Origin: Ignavibacteriota bacterium
GTDB lineage: Bacteria; Bacteroidota; Ignavibacteria; UBA10030
Direction: 5' to 3'
Assembly (NCBI GenBank): GCA_963701295.1
Contig: OY969585.1
Span: forward strand, 992,001 to 1,056,000
DNA length: 64,000 bases
Shown here: positions 19,744-29,489 of the stretch, piece after piece
How the letters are laid out: each line of letters begins with the position of its first letter
How positions within the stretch are numbered: the first letter of the stretch is position 1
Translations under genes and position numbers: made by a program
The notes under the pieces: model-generated
Seen by the model: the letters and a program-made list of their open reading frames with translations, nothing else
What the model was told of the DNA's origin: nothing
Databases searched by the model: none

Positions 19744-21174
19744 TTATCTTGCATACATTGCAATCATCTTTTCAATTGCTGCTGCACACACGGGATCAAA
19801 ATCGACCGGATTCAACGCGAACATCTTGCAATCGATAGCAGGACGATACATCTCCTTTGTTGTGTATCCGGAACCTTCAAATGCTCCGACCTTGCCGATC
19901 CACTTTGGATCTTTCAGTATTTCTTTTGAACTTTTTAGCAGATTCTCGCGTTTGTCAGAGTAATCAGCTGCAAGTCTATCTAAATTGCCGCGGAGTGTTT
20001 CAATGCTGTCGTACTCTGTTTTACGCCATGGCGTTGGAATCGGTGTATCGCTGGAAACAAAGGTACGCCATTTTAGCGTCTCTTTTGTGTTCGTTCGTGT
20101 CACATTCGGCTCCCACGGCTCAACGCCTTTTGGATAAAAATCCACGTACGAAATTTGAGAACTGTAATATTCATCTCCTAAACCGCCAAAGCAATGTCCA
20201 AACTCATGTACATACACATAATCCATTTCCCATTCCTGTCCAGCTTTCACCGGTTGTGTGAATGCTGTTGTGTACAGGTTGAAAATTCCACCGCCGCCGT
20301 AGCGGTTGTCGTTTACAAGAATGGTGATGAAATCATAGGGTGCAGTGCCTGCGATATCGTGCAGTACTCGGTTGTCTTCCGTTAAAACATAGCGTGCCAA
20401 ACCAAATGTATTATACATAGTACCAAGTGCCGTATTCTTCCATACGTTTTTGTCCGGCATATCAATTCCAGATTCTTCCGAAATCACTTCCATCGCACGT
20501 ACATTGAAATCGTTTTTGTGCCTTTTGAAGGGCTGGTAGGAAAAGAGTGTTTCGGAAAAATGCTTTGCATCCTTCCGGAATTTGTCTATATCACCCTTTG
20601 CATAGCCATCGCCCAGAATAAGAATATCCACTTTCTTATCCGGCGAACCGTTGATCATCACATCAAATACAGGAAAGGTGTTCAGATGTTTCTTATGATT
20701 TACAGCCGTAGGATTATTCGGATCGATTACCGTTGAGAATACTTCTCGGAACGCCATCATTTCACCCGCGGCAACGAACTTATCACGGCGATAGAAATTC
20801 ACAACAACCTTTCTCTTCGGGAACGGAAAACGCACAGTCTCTTGACACGTTTTCCATACGCCATTCATCGCTTCATCCGTGGTTTGCCATTCGCTAAATA
20901 ATGTTGAATATCCACGCGAATACAAGAGTGTGTTTGTTTGCAGATCGCTCACCTTTACAAAGCTATCGCCAAGATTGAGCGTGTCCAGCAAATTGACCTT
21001 GCTGCCGGGCCAAGGTCCTTCTTCATATACTTTGTCAAGGTTCATTTGTTCCTGACCTTTTGTGCCGATGTGATAATAATCGACCCGCATTGTCGCGCCA
21101 GTAAAATTGTTCTCGTATATCTGCGCCATTGTGACGCTGGTAAACAGAAAAAGAAGAAGAGCAATGTTTTTCAT
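19744..21174 (-). CDS. M64 family (IgA peptidase-like) metallopeptidase, exported
   Basis: Signal peptide; YGGGGIFN, HEFGHCFGGLGDEY, GAFEGSGY and YRPAIDCKM motifs. Confidence 0.9.
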   Translation of the reverse strand: MKNIALLLFLFTSVTMAQIYENNFTGATMRVDYYHIGTKGQEQMNLDKVYEEGPWPGSKVNLLDTLNLGDSFVKVSDLQTNTLLYSRGYSTLFSEWQTTDEAMNGVWKTCQETVRFPFPKRKVVVNFYRRDKFVAAGEMMAFREVFSTVIDPNNPTAVNHKKHLNTFPVFDVMINGSPDKKVDILILGDGYAKGDIDKFRKDAKHFSETLFSYQPFKRHKNDFNVRAMEVISEESGIDMPDKNVWKNTALGTMYNTFGLARYVLTEDNRVLHDIAGTAPYDFITILVNDNRYGGGGIFNLYTTAFTQPVKAGQEWEMDYVYVHEFGHCFGGLGDEYYSSQISYVDFYPKGVEPWEPNVTRTNTKETLKWRTFVSSDTPIPTPWRKTEYDSIETLRGNLDRLAADYSDKRENLLKSSKEILKDPKWIGKVGAFEGSGYTTKEMYRPAIDCKMFALNPVDFDPVCAAAIEKMIAMYAR

Positions 21175-21213
21175 AGTAATTCTCTTAATGAAAATATCTT
21201 ATGTTTTATACTT

Positions 21214-22470
21214 TTATCCCAACCCTACTCCAGTAAAGAGGAGGAATGCACTGAGCACAATCAAGATGGCGGTTGTTGCCCAGCCAATTACATTCTGCAA
21301 ACGGTTATTGGTATAATCCTCCATAATCTCTTTGTTATTAATAATAATCATCATGCAAATGAGGACGATGGGTAGCAAAATTGCATTGACTACTTGTGTC
21401 CAGATAGTTATAGCAATCAGCGGTGCACCGGGAATGAGAATGATACCTGCACCGATCAGAATAATTATAGTGAAGAGGAAATAGAATTGCGGCGCTTCGC
21501 TGAATTTTTTATTGATGCCTGCTTCAAATCCAAATGCTTCACAGACATAGTATGCCGTCGCTAACGGAAGAATTGCCGCAGAAAAAATAGATGCTACAAA
21601 TAATCCGAACGCAAACAGTTGACCCGCCAGCGCACCGGCTAACGGCTGCAATGCCATCGCAGCATCGGCAGCTTCATTGATCTTAATACCGTTCACATTC
21701 AGTGTTGCGGCACATGCAACAATAATAAAAAATGCAACAACGATAGTCGCAATGCATCCAAGAATTACATCCCACAGCGTGTACTTGTAGTCACTCACCT
21801 TCAATTTTTTTTCAATAACTGCCGACTGCATATAGAATTGCATCCACGGTGCTACGGTGGTACCGATGATACCGAGAACGGTTGTCATGTACTCGGTATC
21901 GAAATGAACGGTTGGAGTAATAATTGCTGAACCGATGACTTTCCAATCCGGACCGGCAAGAACAGCAGATACAACATAGGAAAGCAGGAATACGCTGAAG
22001 AGCAAAAAAACCCTCTCGGCAAACTTGTAATTTCCTTTCAATACCAGCACCCAGACCGCCAAAGCGGCAAGGGGCACGGAAATATATTTGCTCACACCAA
22101 AAATATTCATACTGCCTGCCACGCCTGCAAACTCAGTTGCTGTGTTGCCCACATCGGCAATCAAAAGGAAGATGAACATGTAAAAGGTTATGCGAACACC
22201 AAAACTTTCGCGGATCAGATCCGCTAAGCCCTTGCCTGTGACAACGCCCATGCGGGCATTCATTTCCTGAACAGCCAAGAGTGCGATGAATGACGGAATT
22301 AATGTCCAGAGCAGCTTGTAGCCATAGAGCGCACCTGCTACGGAATATGTTGTAATCCCACCGGCGTCGTTATCAACACTGCCGGTAATAATTCCAGGAC
22401 CCAAAATGCTTAAAAAGATTGCGAGTTGACGAAAAGCAGGATTATCTTTAAGTCGTCGGAAGAAGCTCAT
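21214..22470 (-). CDS. Nramp-family divalent metal transporter (NRMT/Mg2+-type)
   Basis: GPGIITGSVDNDAGGITTY, QEMNARMG and GTTVAPWM motifs; about 11 hydrophobic segments. Confidence 0.9.
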   Translation of the reverse strand: MSFFRRLKDNPAFRQLAIFLSILGPGIITGSVDNDAGGITTYSVAGALYGYKLLWTLIPSFIALLAVQEMNARMGVVTGKGLADLIRESFGVRITFYMFIFLLIADVGNTATEFAGVAGSMNIFGVSKYISVPLAALAVWVLVLKGNYKFAERVFLLFSVFLLSYVVSAVLAGPDWKVIGSAIITPTVHFDTEYMTTVLGIIGTTVAPWMQFYMQSAVIEKKLKVSDYKYTLWDVILGCIATIVVAFFIIVACAATLNVNGIKINEAADAAMALQPLAGALAGQLFAFGLFVASIFSAAILPLATAYYVCEAFGFEAGINKKFSEAPQFYFLFTIIILIGAGIILIPGAPLIAITIWTQVVNAILLPIVLICMMIIINNKEIMEDYTNNRLQNVIGWATTAILIVLSAFLLFTGVGLG

Positions 22471-23772
22471 TTATACGGTATCCTCTTCTTTGATTTCCGG
22501 GTAGAGAGATGCTACTGCATCACGATAGGAGACTAATCCCTGGAGTGTATCATTGTCGTCTACAACAGGAATTGCTTCGAAATTATATTTGAAAAAAAGT
22601 TTTGCTACTCGCCGGATACGTGTGTCAATTTGCACCGAGACCGGCTGTTCGGTCATAACATCGGCAATTAAAATATTTTCATCACTCATCAGCAAATTAC
22701 GTAAACTGATCACTCCTTTAAGCCGTCCATCATCATTAAGAATATAGGCATATCGATACACCTCAGACTTTTCACATTCTACGCGAATGCGTTCCAGCAC
22801 CGTGCTTACCCTCTCGGTCGCCTTGGCAGTTATGAAGTCTGTATTCATGATACTGCCGACACTGTATGCGGAAAGTTGAGAGAGCTCTTTTAGTTCAGTC
22901 ACCTTCTCAGCAGGCATCATAGCATAGACTGACTGCCGTTTTTGTGCATCACAAGCATCAAGCAGGTCAACCGCTTCATCCATTTGCATTTCGTTGATAA
23001 TCGGCGCCAGTTTGAATGGTTCCATCGATTCAATGATTTGCAGACGATTCTTGAATTGCATCTCTTGAAGTGTCTGAGCTGCAGTAAAATGATCGAGCGA
23101 CTCAATGAGGGCGATGCGTTCGTCAGTGCCCAGGTCTTCAAGAATATCAGCGAGATCGGCGGGATGAATTTCTGATAACTTCGATGCATCAGTCTTCAAC
23201 TGTACAGATGTATACACTGATGTTGTGGTCGTTGGTTGAACATACTTCCATGAAACAAACTCATCTTTAAGATCGCGGTCGGTGACCCAGCGAAATGCGG
23301 CATTCACCAGACGCAGGAATCCGAGCCGCCTCAGAATTCCTTTGGAACCAATGTCGATATGTACTACCCACAGGTTGGTACTTTCTTTTGCTTTGTCTTC
23401 TATAAGTAATTGAAGATCATTCACTCGGACGATTTTATATCCGGATGTCGAGATGATTTGCTTATCGAGAAATGTTTTACAAATGAGGATCTCGTTTTCT
23501 GCCGCTTTTCTTTGCTGCTCATGATCCATTACGGAATCATCGATCGCGATATGTTCTTTGAACACTATCCGCTTGACATTGCTCCATGGAATATACATTG
23601 GAGGTTTATGGCGATATGTCCGTACCATCAATCCTGTTACACGCGGATACACTTGGGATGTAGTTGCTGCCAGATCTACCAGTTTGCCGATCCGTTTGTT
23701 GTCGCTGATACGGACGACCGGTAAATGAATGAACTCGCTAAGATATGAAAATTTAACTACTTCAAGAGCCAT
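22471..23772 (-). CDS. MgtE intracellular-domain/CBS protein with PRC-barrel-like N-terminus and no transmembrane domain
   Basis: LSEIHPADLADILEDL (MgtE_N) plus a CBS pair (GSIMNTDF, IPVVD); abuts the Nramp gene. Confidence 0.85.
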   Translation of the reverse strand: MALEVVKFSYLSEFIHLPVVRISDNKRIGKLVDLAATTSQVYPRVTGLMVRTYRHKPPMYIPWSNVKRIVFKEHIAIDDSVMDHEQQRKAAENEILICKTFLDKQIISTSGYKIVRVNDLQLLIEDKAKESTNLWVVHIDIGSKGILRRLGFLRLVNAAFRWVTDRDLKDEFVSWKYVQPTTTTSVYTSVQLKTDASKLSEIHPADLADILEDLGTDERIALIESLDHFTAAQTLQEMQFKNRLQIIESMEPFKLAPIINEMQMDEAVDLLDACDAQKRQSVYAMMPAEKVTELKELSQLSAYSVGSIMNTDFITAKATERVSTVLERIRVECEKSEVYRYAYILNDDGRLKGVISLRNLLMSDENILIADVMTEQPVSVQIDTRIRRVAKLFFKYNFEAIPVVDDNDTLQGLVSYRDAVASLYPEIKEEDTV

Positions 23773-24175
23773 GTCATTATTATGATTTAAATAATCTTGC
23801 TGTTTGACTCAAAATGTTTCGTAGCACTGCTTCATATTGCAGCTTTTTCCATTTCTAAATCACCCGGATTTATGAACACAAGAATAGGATTTTGTTCCTG
23901 TTCCGATGGAACAAAACGTCCATGGATAATTTCAAACCGGGTTGCCAACGTTGCATCCTTCCATATACTAAGAATCTTCAAAAAACACAATTAGTCTTCG
24001 ATTAAAATAAGAATTCTTTTTTAGAAATGAACTCCATAAAACGAAAAAAATACTTTTTTTTCATTGATTCAATCTCTCGCTCGACATCAGGATCGACACT
24101 ACATCATTTGAAACTCACGCCTCTTTTTCGTACTATCGAAGCGCAGACAAACACATTTGCCACACGGGATTTCAT

Positions 24176-24988
24176 GTGCCGATCATTTCATTTATTTCAC
24201 TCCTGCTTGGTGGTTTTGTAGCGGGTACCTTTGGTGCCTTGCTCGGACTGGGTGGCGGTGTACTGTTAATTCCGTTCCTTGTAATGGTCCTTGGTGTCCC
24301 GATGCATCAAGCGATTGCGACAAGCATCATAGCGGTGATTGCCACATCGAGCGCTGGTGCTGCAATGAACCTTGAGCGCCGTACTGTCCATATAAGGCTT
24401 GGAATGTTGCTGGAAATTGCTACAGTAACAGGCGCTATTTTTGGCGGAATTACAGCTAACTATTTAAGCGCGAGTGTTTTGGCAAAACTCTTCTCTGGAC
24501 TGTTGTTTTTGGTTGCACTTGTGATGATTTGGCGGGCGCAGCAGCATACGGGTCAGGAACCGATTTATATCGACGGCACTCTTCCCGGCTCATTTTATGA
24601 CGATGCCAATAGAAAAGTCGTACATTATACTGTGAAGCAAGTACCAGTTGCAATGTTGATCTCAATTGTTGCCGGCAATGTCTCCGGCTTGCTTGGTGTG
24701 GGCGGCGGAATTTTTAAGGTACCGGCAATGCACGTCCTTTCCGGCGTTCCGATGAAGGCGGCAACGGCAACGAGCAATTTTATGATCGGCGTGACTGCGG
24801 CGGCAAGTGCATTCATTTATTTTGCACACGGACATTTGAATCCATTTATTGCTTCGGCCGCCGCACTTGGCGTACTTGCTGGCTCAATGACGGGCGTTCG
24901 CATCAGCCGCAGAATTCATGGCAACGTGTTGACGTGGATTTTTGCTTTAGCTTTATTAGGAATTTCGATTCAATTATATCTACGATAA
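24176..24988 (+). CDS. TauE/SafE (TSUP) family permease
   Basis: Internal duplication GALLGLGGG / SGLLGVGGG; AATATSNF. Confidence 0.92.
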   Translation: MPIISFISLLLGGFVAGTFGALLGLGGGVLLIPFLVMVLGVPMHQAIATSIIAVIATSSAGAAMNLERRTVHIRLGMLLEIATVTGAIFGGITANYLSASVLAKLFSGLLFLVALVMIWRAQQHTGQEPIYIDGTLPGSFYDDANRKVVHYTVKQVPVAMLISIVAGNVSGLLGVGGGIFKVPAMHVLSGVPMKAATATSNFMIGVTAAASAFIYFAHGHLNPFIASAAALGVLAGSMTGVRISRRIHGNVLTWIFALALLGISIQLYLR

Positions 24989-24992
24989 GTAC

Positions 24993-25379
24993 ATGACAGA
25001 CTTCATTTCCCTATCAAACGATGTTGGGCACGATGCCGAACGTTGGACAAGCCGCGTGCTTCGAATTGGTGTATGGGTCAGTGCAAGTTTAATGGTAGCA
25101 GGATTGCTTATCGGAACAATTTATCCTTCAACAATCGTTGCATTTTTCAGCAATCCAACGCTCGGCAACTTGGTGATGCGGATGCTTTCCGGTTCATTCG
25201 ATCCTGTAACGCTGATGTTTGCAGGACTTGTCTTTCTGATGTTCACGCCAGTACTTCGTGTTCTCACAGCCGTTTTCGGTTTTGCGGTTGAAAGAGATTG
25301 GCGTTTTGTATTCGTCTCTTCTATTGTACTCTTCATGTTGGCAGGGGAAATTGTGTACTCCTTGTTCATTAAAGGATAA
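24993..25379 (+). CDS. DUF1634-like membrane protein
   Basis: Three hydrophobic segments and the TPVLRV...FAVERD motif; usual partner of TSUP genes. Confidence 0.8.
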   Translation: MTDFISLSNDVGHDAERWTSRVLRIGVWVSASLMVAGLLIGTIYPSTIVAFFSNPTLGNLVMRMLSGSFDPVTLMFAGLVFLMFTPVLRVLTAVFGFAVERDWRFVFVSSIVLFMLAGEIVYSLFIKG

Positions 25380-25389
25380 AAGAAGAAAG

Positions 25390-26982
25390 ATGCATGAATC
25401 TTTAAAAAGGATCCGTGGAATTTCTTTTTTTCCCCGACAATACATTAACTCCTCTTCTGTTTTTCTCGCAATTCTTACAATTGTTCTAGGATTCGTAATT
25501 GTATTGTCATTTCAATGGCGCATGGTTCATGATTCTCCGATTATGTTCTACTTAGCTTATTTAATCGATCATTTCGGTTTTGTTCCTTATCGAGACGTTT
25601 TTGATATGAATATGCCGGGCACTTATTTTATTTACATCATCATCGAAAGGGTTTTTGGATACGGAGACTTTGGATTTAGAATTGCGGATATTACTATTCT
25701 CTTATTTATTTTTCTTATGACTTGGCTTACCATGAAAGAATTTGGACACAAGGTTGCATGGGCAAGCTGTGTGCTCTTTGGCTCTTTATATTTAAGTGCT
25801 GGAAGTAATGGAAGCCTGCAGCGAGATTATTTTGTGGTGTTTTTTTTAAGCGCAGCATTGTTCGTATTGTTCACATTTCCCAATATGAGAGTTTCAGTAA
25901 GATCTGTTTTTATTGGCCTTATTGGAGGATTTTCTTTGCTGGTAAAGCCGCAATCTTTTTTCGTATTTCCATTATTTATCATCTATTTATTCGTGTACAC
26001 TAACACCGAAAATGAACGCCGTGGAAGATTCCAGACAATTGTAATTCCATCTTTGATCGGTGTGTTTCTTCCACTCTTTCTAACTGTATGGTATCTCTAT
26101 TATCGCGACGGTCTTAATAATTTCATTGAAATTATAGAAAATTATTGGCCGCTTTACTCGTCATTGAATTATCAACATCAAATTATTCTCAGTGGACAGA
26201 GTCGTCTCGAATATCTTTTTCTCAGAACTGCACTTATGGGTGGTCGCACATTTTGGATCCTTCCTGCATTTTATGGAATGGTTATTTCGCTGTTGTTTTC
26301 ACATATTAATAACAAACAAAAACAGAAAGTTATTTTACTTTCGTGCGTGACTTTAGTTTTCCTTTTTTACCCAACAAGCACAGGTCAATTCTGGCCGTAC
26401 CATTGGTTTCCTTTTTTATATGCAATCTCTCTATTGGGAGCTCTTTGTTTCATTAACCGTAGTCAAAAAGAGCGTTCTTTAAAACAGTTCCTACCAATTG
26501 TAATTTTTGGCTGTGCGCTATATTTTTCTCCCCTCTTTTCGGGGGAATTTAGAAATCAAATAAAGGGAGTCCCGTTGGAACCTCCAAAAGGAGGAAAAGT
26601 AGATGAGATTGCCGGGTTCTTGATAAATAACATGGGACCTGAAGATACGGTTCAACCATTAGATTGGACGGGTGGGGCTATTCATGCCATGCTTATTGCG
26701 AAAGCAAAAATAGCGACTCCTTTCATTTACGATTTTCATTTTTATCATCATATTTCTAATCCGTATATACATAAGCTTCGCGAAAGGTTTATTTCTTCCT
26801 TACATTCTTCCTGGCCGAGATATATCATAGCAATCATTGAAAATAAACCGTGGGTTTCCGGACCCAATACCACACAAGATTTTAAAGAACTGTTCTATTT
26901 CCTTAAAAATAATTACAATATTGTAGTTCAGGGAAAAGGATATTACATCATGGAGCGTTCTCAGCAAAATAAAGCTGGGTAG
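25390..26982 (+). CDS. Polytopic membrane glycosyltransferase (GT-C/ArnT-PMT-like)
   Basis: PYRDVFDMNMPGTY loop motif, LVKPQ, many transmembrane segments and a periplasmic tail. AT-rich; probable ATG 25390. Confidence 0.7.
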   Translation: MHESLKRIRGISFFPRQYINSSSVFLAILTIVLGFVIVLSFQWRMVHDSPIMFYLAYLIDHFGFVPYRDVFDMNMPGTYFIYIIIERVFGYGDFGFRIADITILLFIFLMTWLTMKEFGHKVAWASCVLFGSLYLSAGSNGSLQRDYFVVFFLSAALFVLFTFPNMRVSVRSVFIGLIGGFSLLVKPQSFFVFPLFIIYLFVYTNTENERRGRFQTIVIPSLIGVFLPLFLTVWYLYYRDGLNNFIEIIENYWPLYSSLNYQHQIILSGQSRLEYLFLRTALMGGRTFWILPAFYGMVISLLFSHINNKQKQKVILLSCVTLVFLFYPTSTGQFWPYHWFPFLYAISLLGALCFINRSQKERSLKQFLPIVIFGCALYFSPLFSGEFRNQIKGVPLEPPKGGKVDEIAGFLINNMGPEDTVQPLDWTGGAIHAMLIAKAKIATPFIYDFHFYHHISNPYIHKLRERFISSLHSSWPRYIIAIIENKPWVSGPNTTQDFKELFYFLKNNYNIVVQGKGYYIMERSQQNKAG

Positions 26983-27048
26983 TAAATGACAAAAACATTC
27001 TCTTTTGCATTGTTGAAGAGATAATATTATTATTAAAGGATAATAAAA

Positions 27049-27864
27049 ATGGTGTTTACTAACCATCTTAAAGAAATTCAAACCAAACAAAACTCACTTC
27101 TCTGCATTGGTCTTGATGTTGATACAGATAAAATTCCACCACATCTGCAATCATCATCGAATCCAGTTCTAGAATTTAATCGGCAAATCATTGAAGCAAC
27201 ATATGATCTTGCCTGTGCTTACAAGCCGAACCTTGCATTTTACGAAGCAATGGGCGAACGCGGTTTGAGCACGTTACGGGAAACATTGAAGCTCATTCCC
27301 AAATCTGTTCTCACCATTGGAGATGGCAAGCGAGGCGATATCGGCAACACGGCTGAGCGGTACGCAAAATCGTTATTTGATGATTTCGGTTTTGATTCGG
27401 TTACAGTCAATCCCTATATGGGATTTGATTCCGTTGAACCATTTCTGAAAAAACCAGAGAAAGGAATCTTCCTGCTTGCCCTGACTTCCAATCCCGGATC
27501 AAAAGATTTTCAACGGCTCAAGATAAATGGTAAACCATTGTATGAAAAAATAGTGCGGACAGCAAAAAAATGGAACACGAATCAGAACATCGGTCTAGTT
27601 GTCGGCGCTACGCACCCACGCGAACTTAAAATGATCCGCAAAATTGTTCCGGAGATGCCGCTGCTCATTCCCGGTATAGGAAAACAAGGGGGCGATTTGA
27701 AATCGGCAGTTCGTGACGGCTGCAATAAAAATGGACAGCTTGCTATCATCAATGCAAGCAGAAGTATTATCTATGCATCGTCGGGAAAAGATTTTGCTGA
27801 AGCGGCACGAGCGGAAGCGATGAAGATGGTGGAAGAAATGAGAACCTATAGAAAGAGTATTTAG
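27049..27864 (+). CDS. pyrF: Orotidine-5'-phosphate decarboxylase
   Basis: LCIGLD, KPNLAFY, DGKRGDIGNT, LTSNPGS, LIPGIGKQGG and NASRSII motifs. Confidence 0.97.
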   Translation: MVFTNHLKEIQTKQNSLLCIGLDVDTDKIPPHLQSSSNPVLEFNRQIIEATYDLACAYKPNLAFYEAMGERGLSTLRETLKLIPKSVLTIGDGKRGDIGNTAERYAKSLFDDFGFDSVTVNPYMGFDSVEPFLKKPEKGIFLLALTSNPGSKDFQRLKINGKPLYEKIVRTAKKWNTNQNIGLVVGATHPRELKMIRKIVPEMPLLIPGIGKQGGDLKSAVRDGCNKNGQLAIINASRSIIYASSGKDFAEAARAEAMKMVEEMRTYRKSI

Positions 27865-27900
27865 AGACGCGCCAATCATTAACTACAAACGGGAGGAAAT

Positions 27901-29403
27901 ATGAAACGCCGTGCATGGAATATTCATGAGCGGTTTCTTCGGCATATTTGGAGCAAGCAGTATTTAAAAACCACTTTACAGACGGCAGACGGAAAAGCTT
28001 TGAGAGTGATTAATGTCGGGGAGCTCAATTCCGATAGTGGCCCGGATTTTCTCAATGCAAAAGTGAGAGTGGAAAACATCACCTATACGGGTAACATCGA
28101 AATTCACCGTACGACATTCGATTGGTTCGAGCATCAGCATCAAGAAGATCCGCGTTATAACAAAGTTGTTCTCCATGTTGTTCTCGAAGCTGGCTATAAA
28201 ATCCCACCTACACTTGTAAAAAGCGGACGGGAAATCCCGGTCCTCGTCCTAGGGAATTTTCTTTCCGAATCCATTCACACCATTTGGCAAAAAGCTATTC
28301 TTGATGAACGGGTAAAAAAATCGGGAACTCTTCGTTGTTTTAGCAACAATAGTGCGCTCTCAAGCGAACTGATTGATTGCTGGCTCACAAAGCTTGCAGT
28401 GGAGCGGCTTGAACTAAAGCTCCGTCGATTTGAGGAGCGATTGAAGCAGCTTGCTCATGAAAAGCGAATGATCGTGCGAGAACGACAGCGGCCGTATGGT
28501 GAGCCGCCGTTGGAAGGTGAACACGATGAAATTCCGCCTCCGTTCCCTGAGTTAACACAGAAAGATTTCTCACAAAAAGAACTATGGGAACAAGTGCTCT
28601 ACGAAGGAGTTATGGAAGGGCTTGGGTACAGTAAGAATCGTAAACTATTTGTCCATCTTGCTCAAAGCGTCACGTTGAAAATAATTGGAGATTTGGGAGT
28701 GGGGAGTGGAGAGGATAGACTTCAGGCTTTGCTCTTTGGAGTGGCGGGATTGATTCCCAAACTCAATTCTCTCAAAGAGAAGGAATCACGCGATTATATA
28801 CGACGACTTGCGCGTGAGTGGAAAGTGCTGCGACCCTCATTTCACTCTGAAATACTTTACCGTGCAGACTGGCAGTTCTTCCCGACCCGGCCATCGAACT
28901 TTCCAACTCTCCGAATAGCTGCTGCTTGTGCACTTATCAACAAGTTCTTCTTTGACGATCTTTTCCGACGCATCATCCAAACAATAAAGACCAGTAGCTC
29001 GGAGAGAGAAAAGGAACACGACCTCATCCGACTGTTCAGTATAGAGACAAACGATTTCTGGAAACATCATTATAATTTCGATGAAGCGGCGCCAAAGAAT
29101 GTTACAGCGCTTGGAACCATGCGTATCCGCGAGATCATTATTAATGCCGTCCTCCCGGTAACGCTTTTATACGCACGTATCTTCAAAGATATTAGCGTTC
29201 GTGAATACGCTCTCCGCGTATACCTATCTCTTCCAGCCTCAGAAGATAATTCAATCACTCGGCTAATGGAGAAACAATTGCTGAAAGGGCGACATCCTCA
29301 AGATCATGTGAGTCATCAGCAGGCGGTGATTCAACTCTACAAGTATTATTGTTTGGAAGGGCGGTGTGCTGAGTGCGAGCTTGGGCAGAAACTATTTGTT
29401 TGA
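27901..29403 (+). CDS. DUF2851 family protein
   Basis: NSDSGPDFLNA, GNIEIH, HQEDPRYNKVVLHVV, RPSNFPTLR and C-terminal YCLEGRCAEC. Confidence 0.88.
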   Translation: MKRRAWNIHERFLRHIWSKQYLKTTLQTADGKALRVINVGELNSDSGPDFLNAKVRVENITYTGNIEIHRTTFDWFEHQHQEDPRYNKVVLHVVLEAGYKIPPTLVKSGREIPVLVLGNFLSESIHTIWQKAILDERVKKSGTLRCFSNNSALSSELIDCWLTKLAVERLELKLRRFEERLKQLAHEKRMIVRERQRPYGEPPLEGEHDEIPPPFPELTQKDFSQKELWEQVLYEGVMEGLGYSKNRKLFVHLAQSVTLKIIGDLGVGSGEDRLQALLFGVAGLIPKLNSLKEKESRDYIRRLAREWKVLRPSFHSEILYRADWQFFPTRPSNFPTLRIAAACALINKFFFDDLFRRIIQTIKTSSSEREKEHDLIRLFSIETNDFWKHHYNFDEAAPKNVTALGTMRIREIIINAVLPVTLLYARIFKDISVREYALRVYLSLPASEDNSITRLMEKQLLKGRHPQDHVSHQQAVIQLYKYYCLEGRCAECELGQKLFV

Positions 29404-29423
29404 TTGCTTGCAGATGATGAAAC

Positions 29424-29460
29424 AAAACCCCGCACTCGAATTCTGAATGCGGGGTTTTTT
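29424..29460. terminator. Bidirectional intrinsic terminator between convergent DUF2851 and GSIII genes
   Basis: AAAACCCCGCA...TGCGGGGTTTTTT inverted repeat with A and T tails. Confidence 0.88.
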
Positions 29461-29489
29461 GTGTTCATCGAAGGGAGAATGAGAACTTC

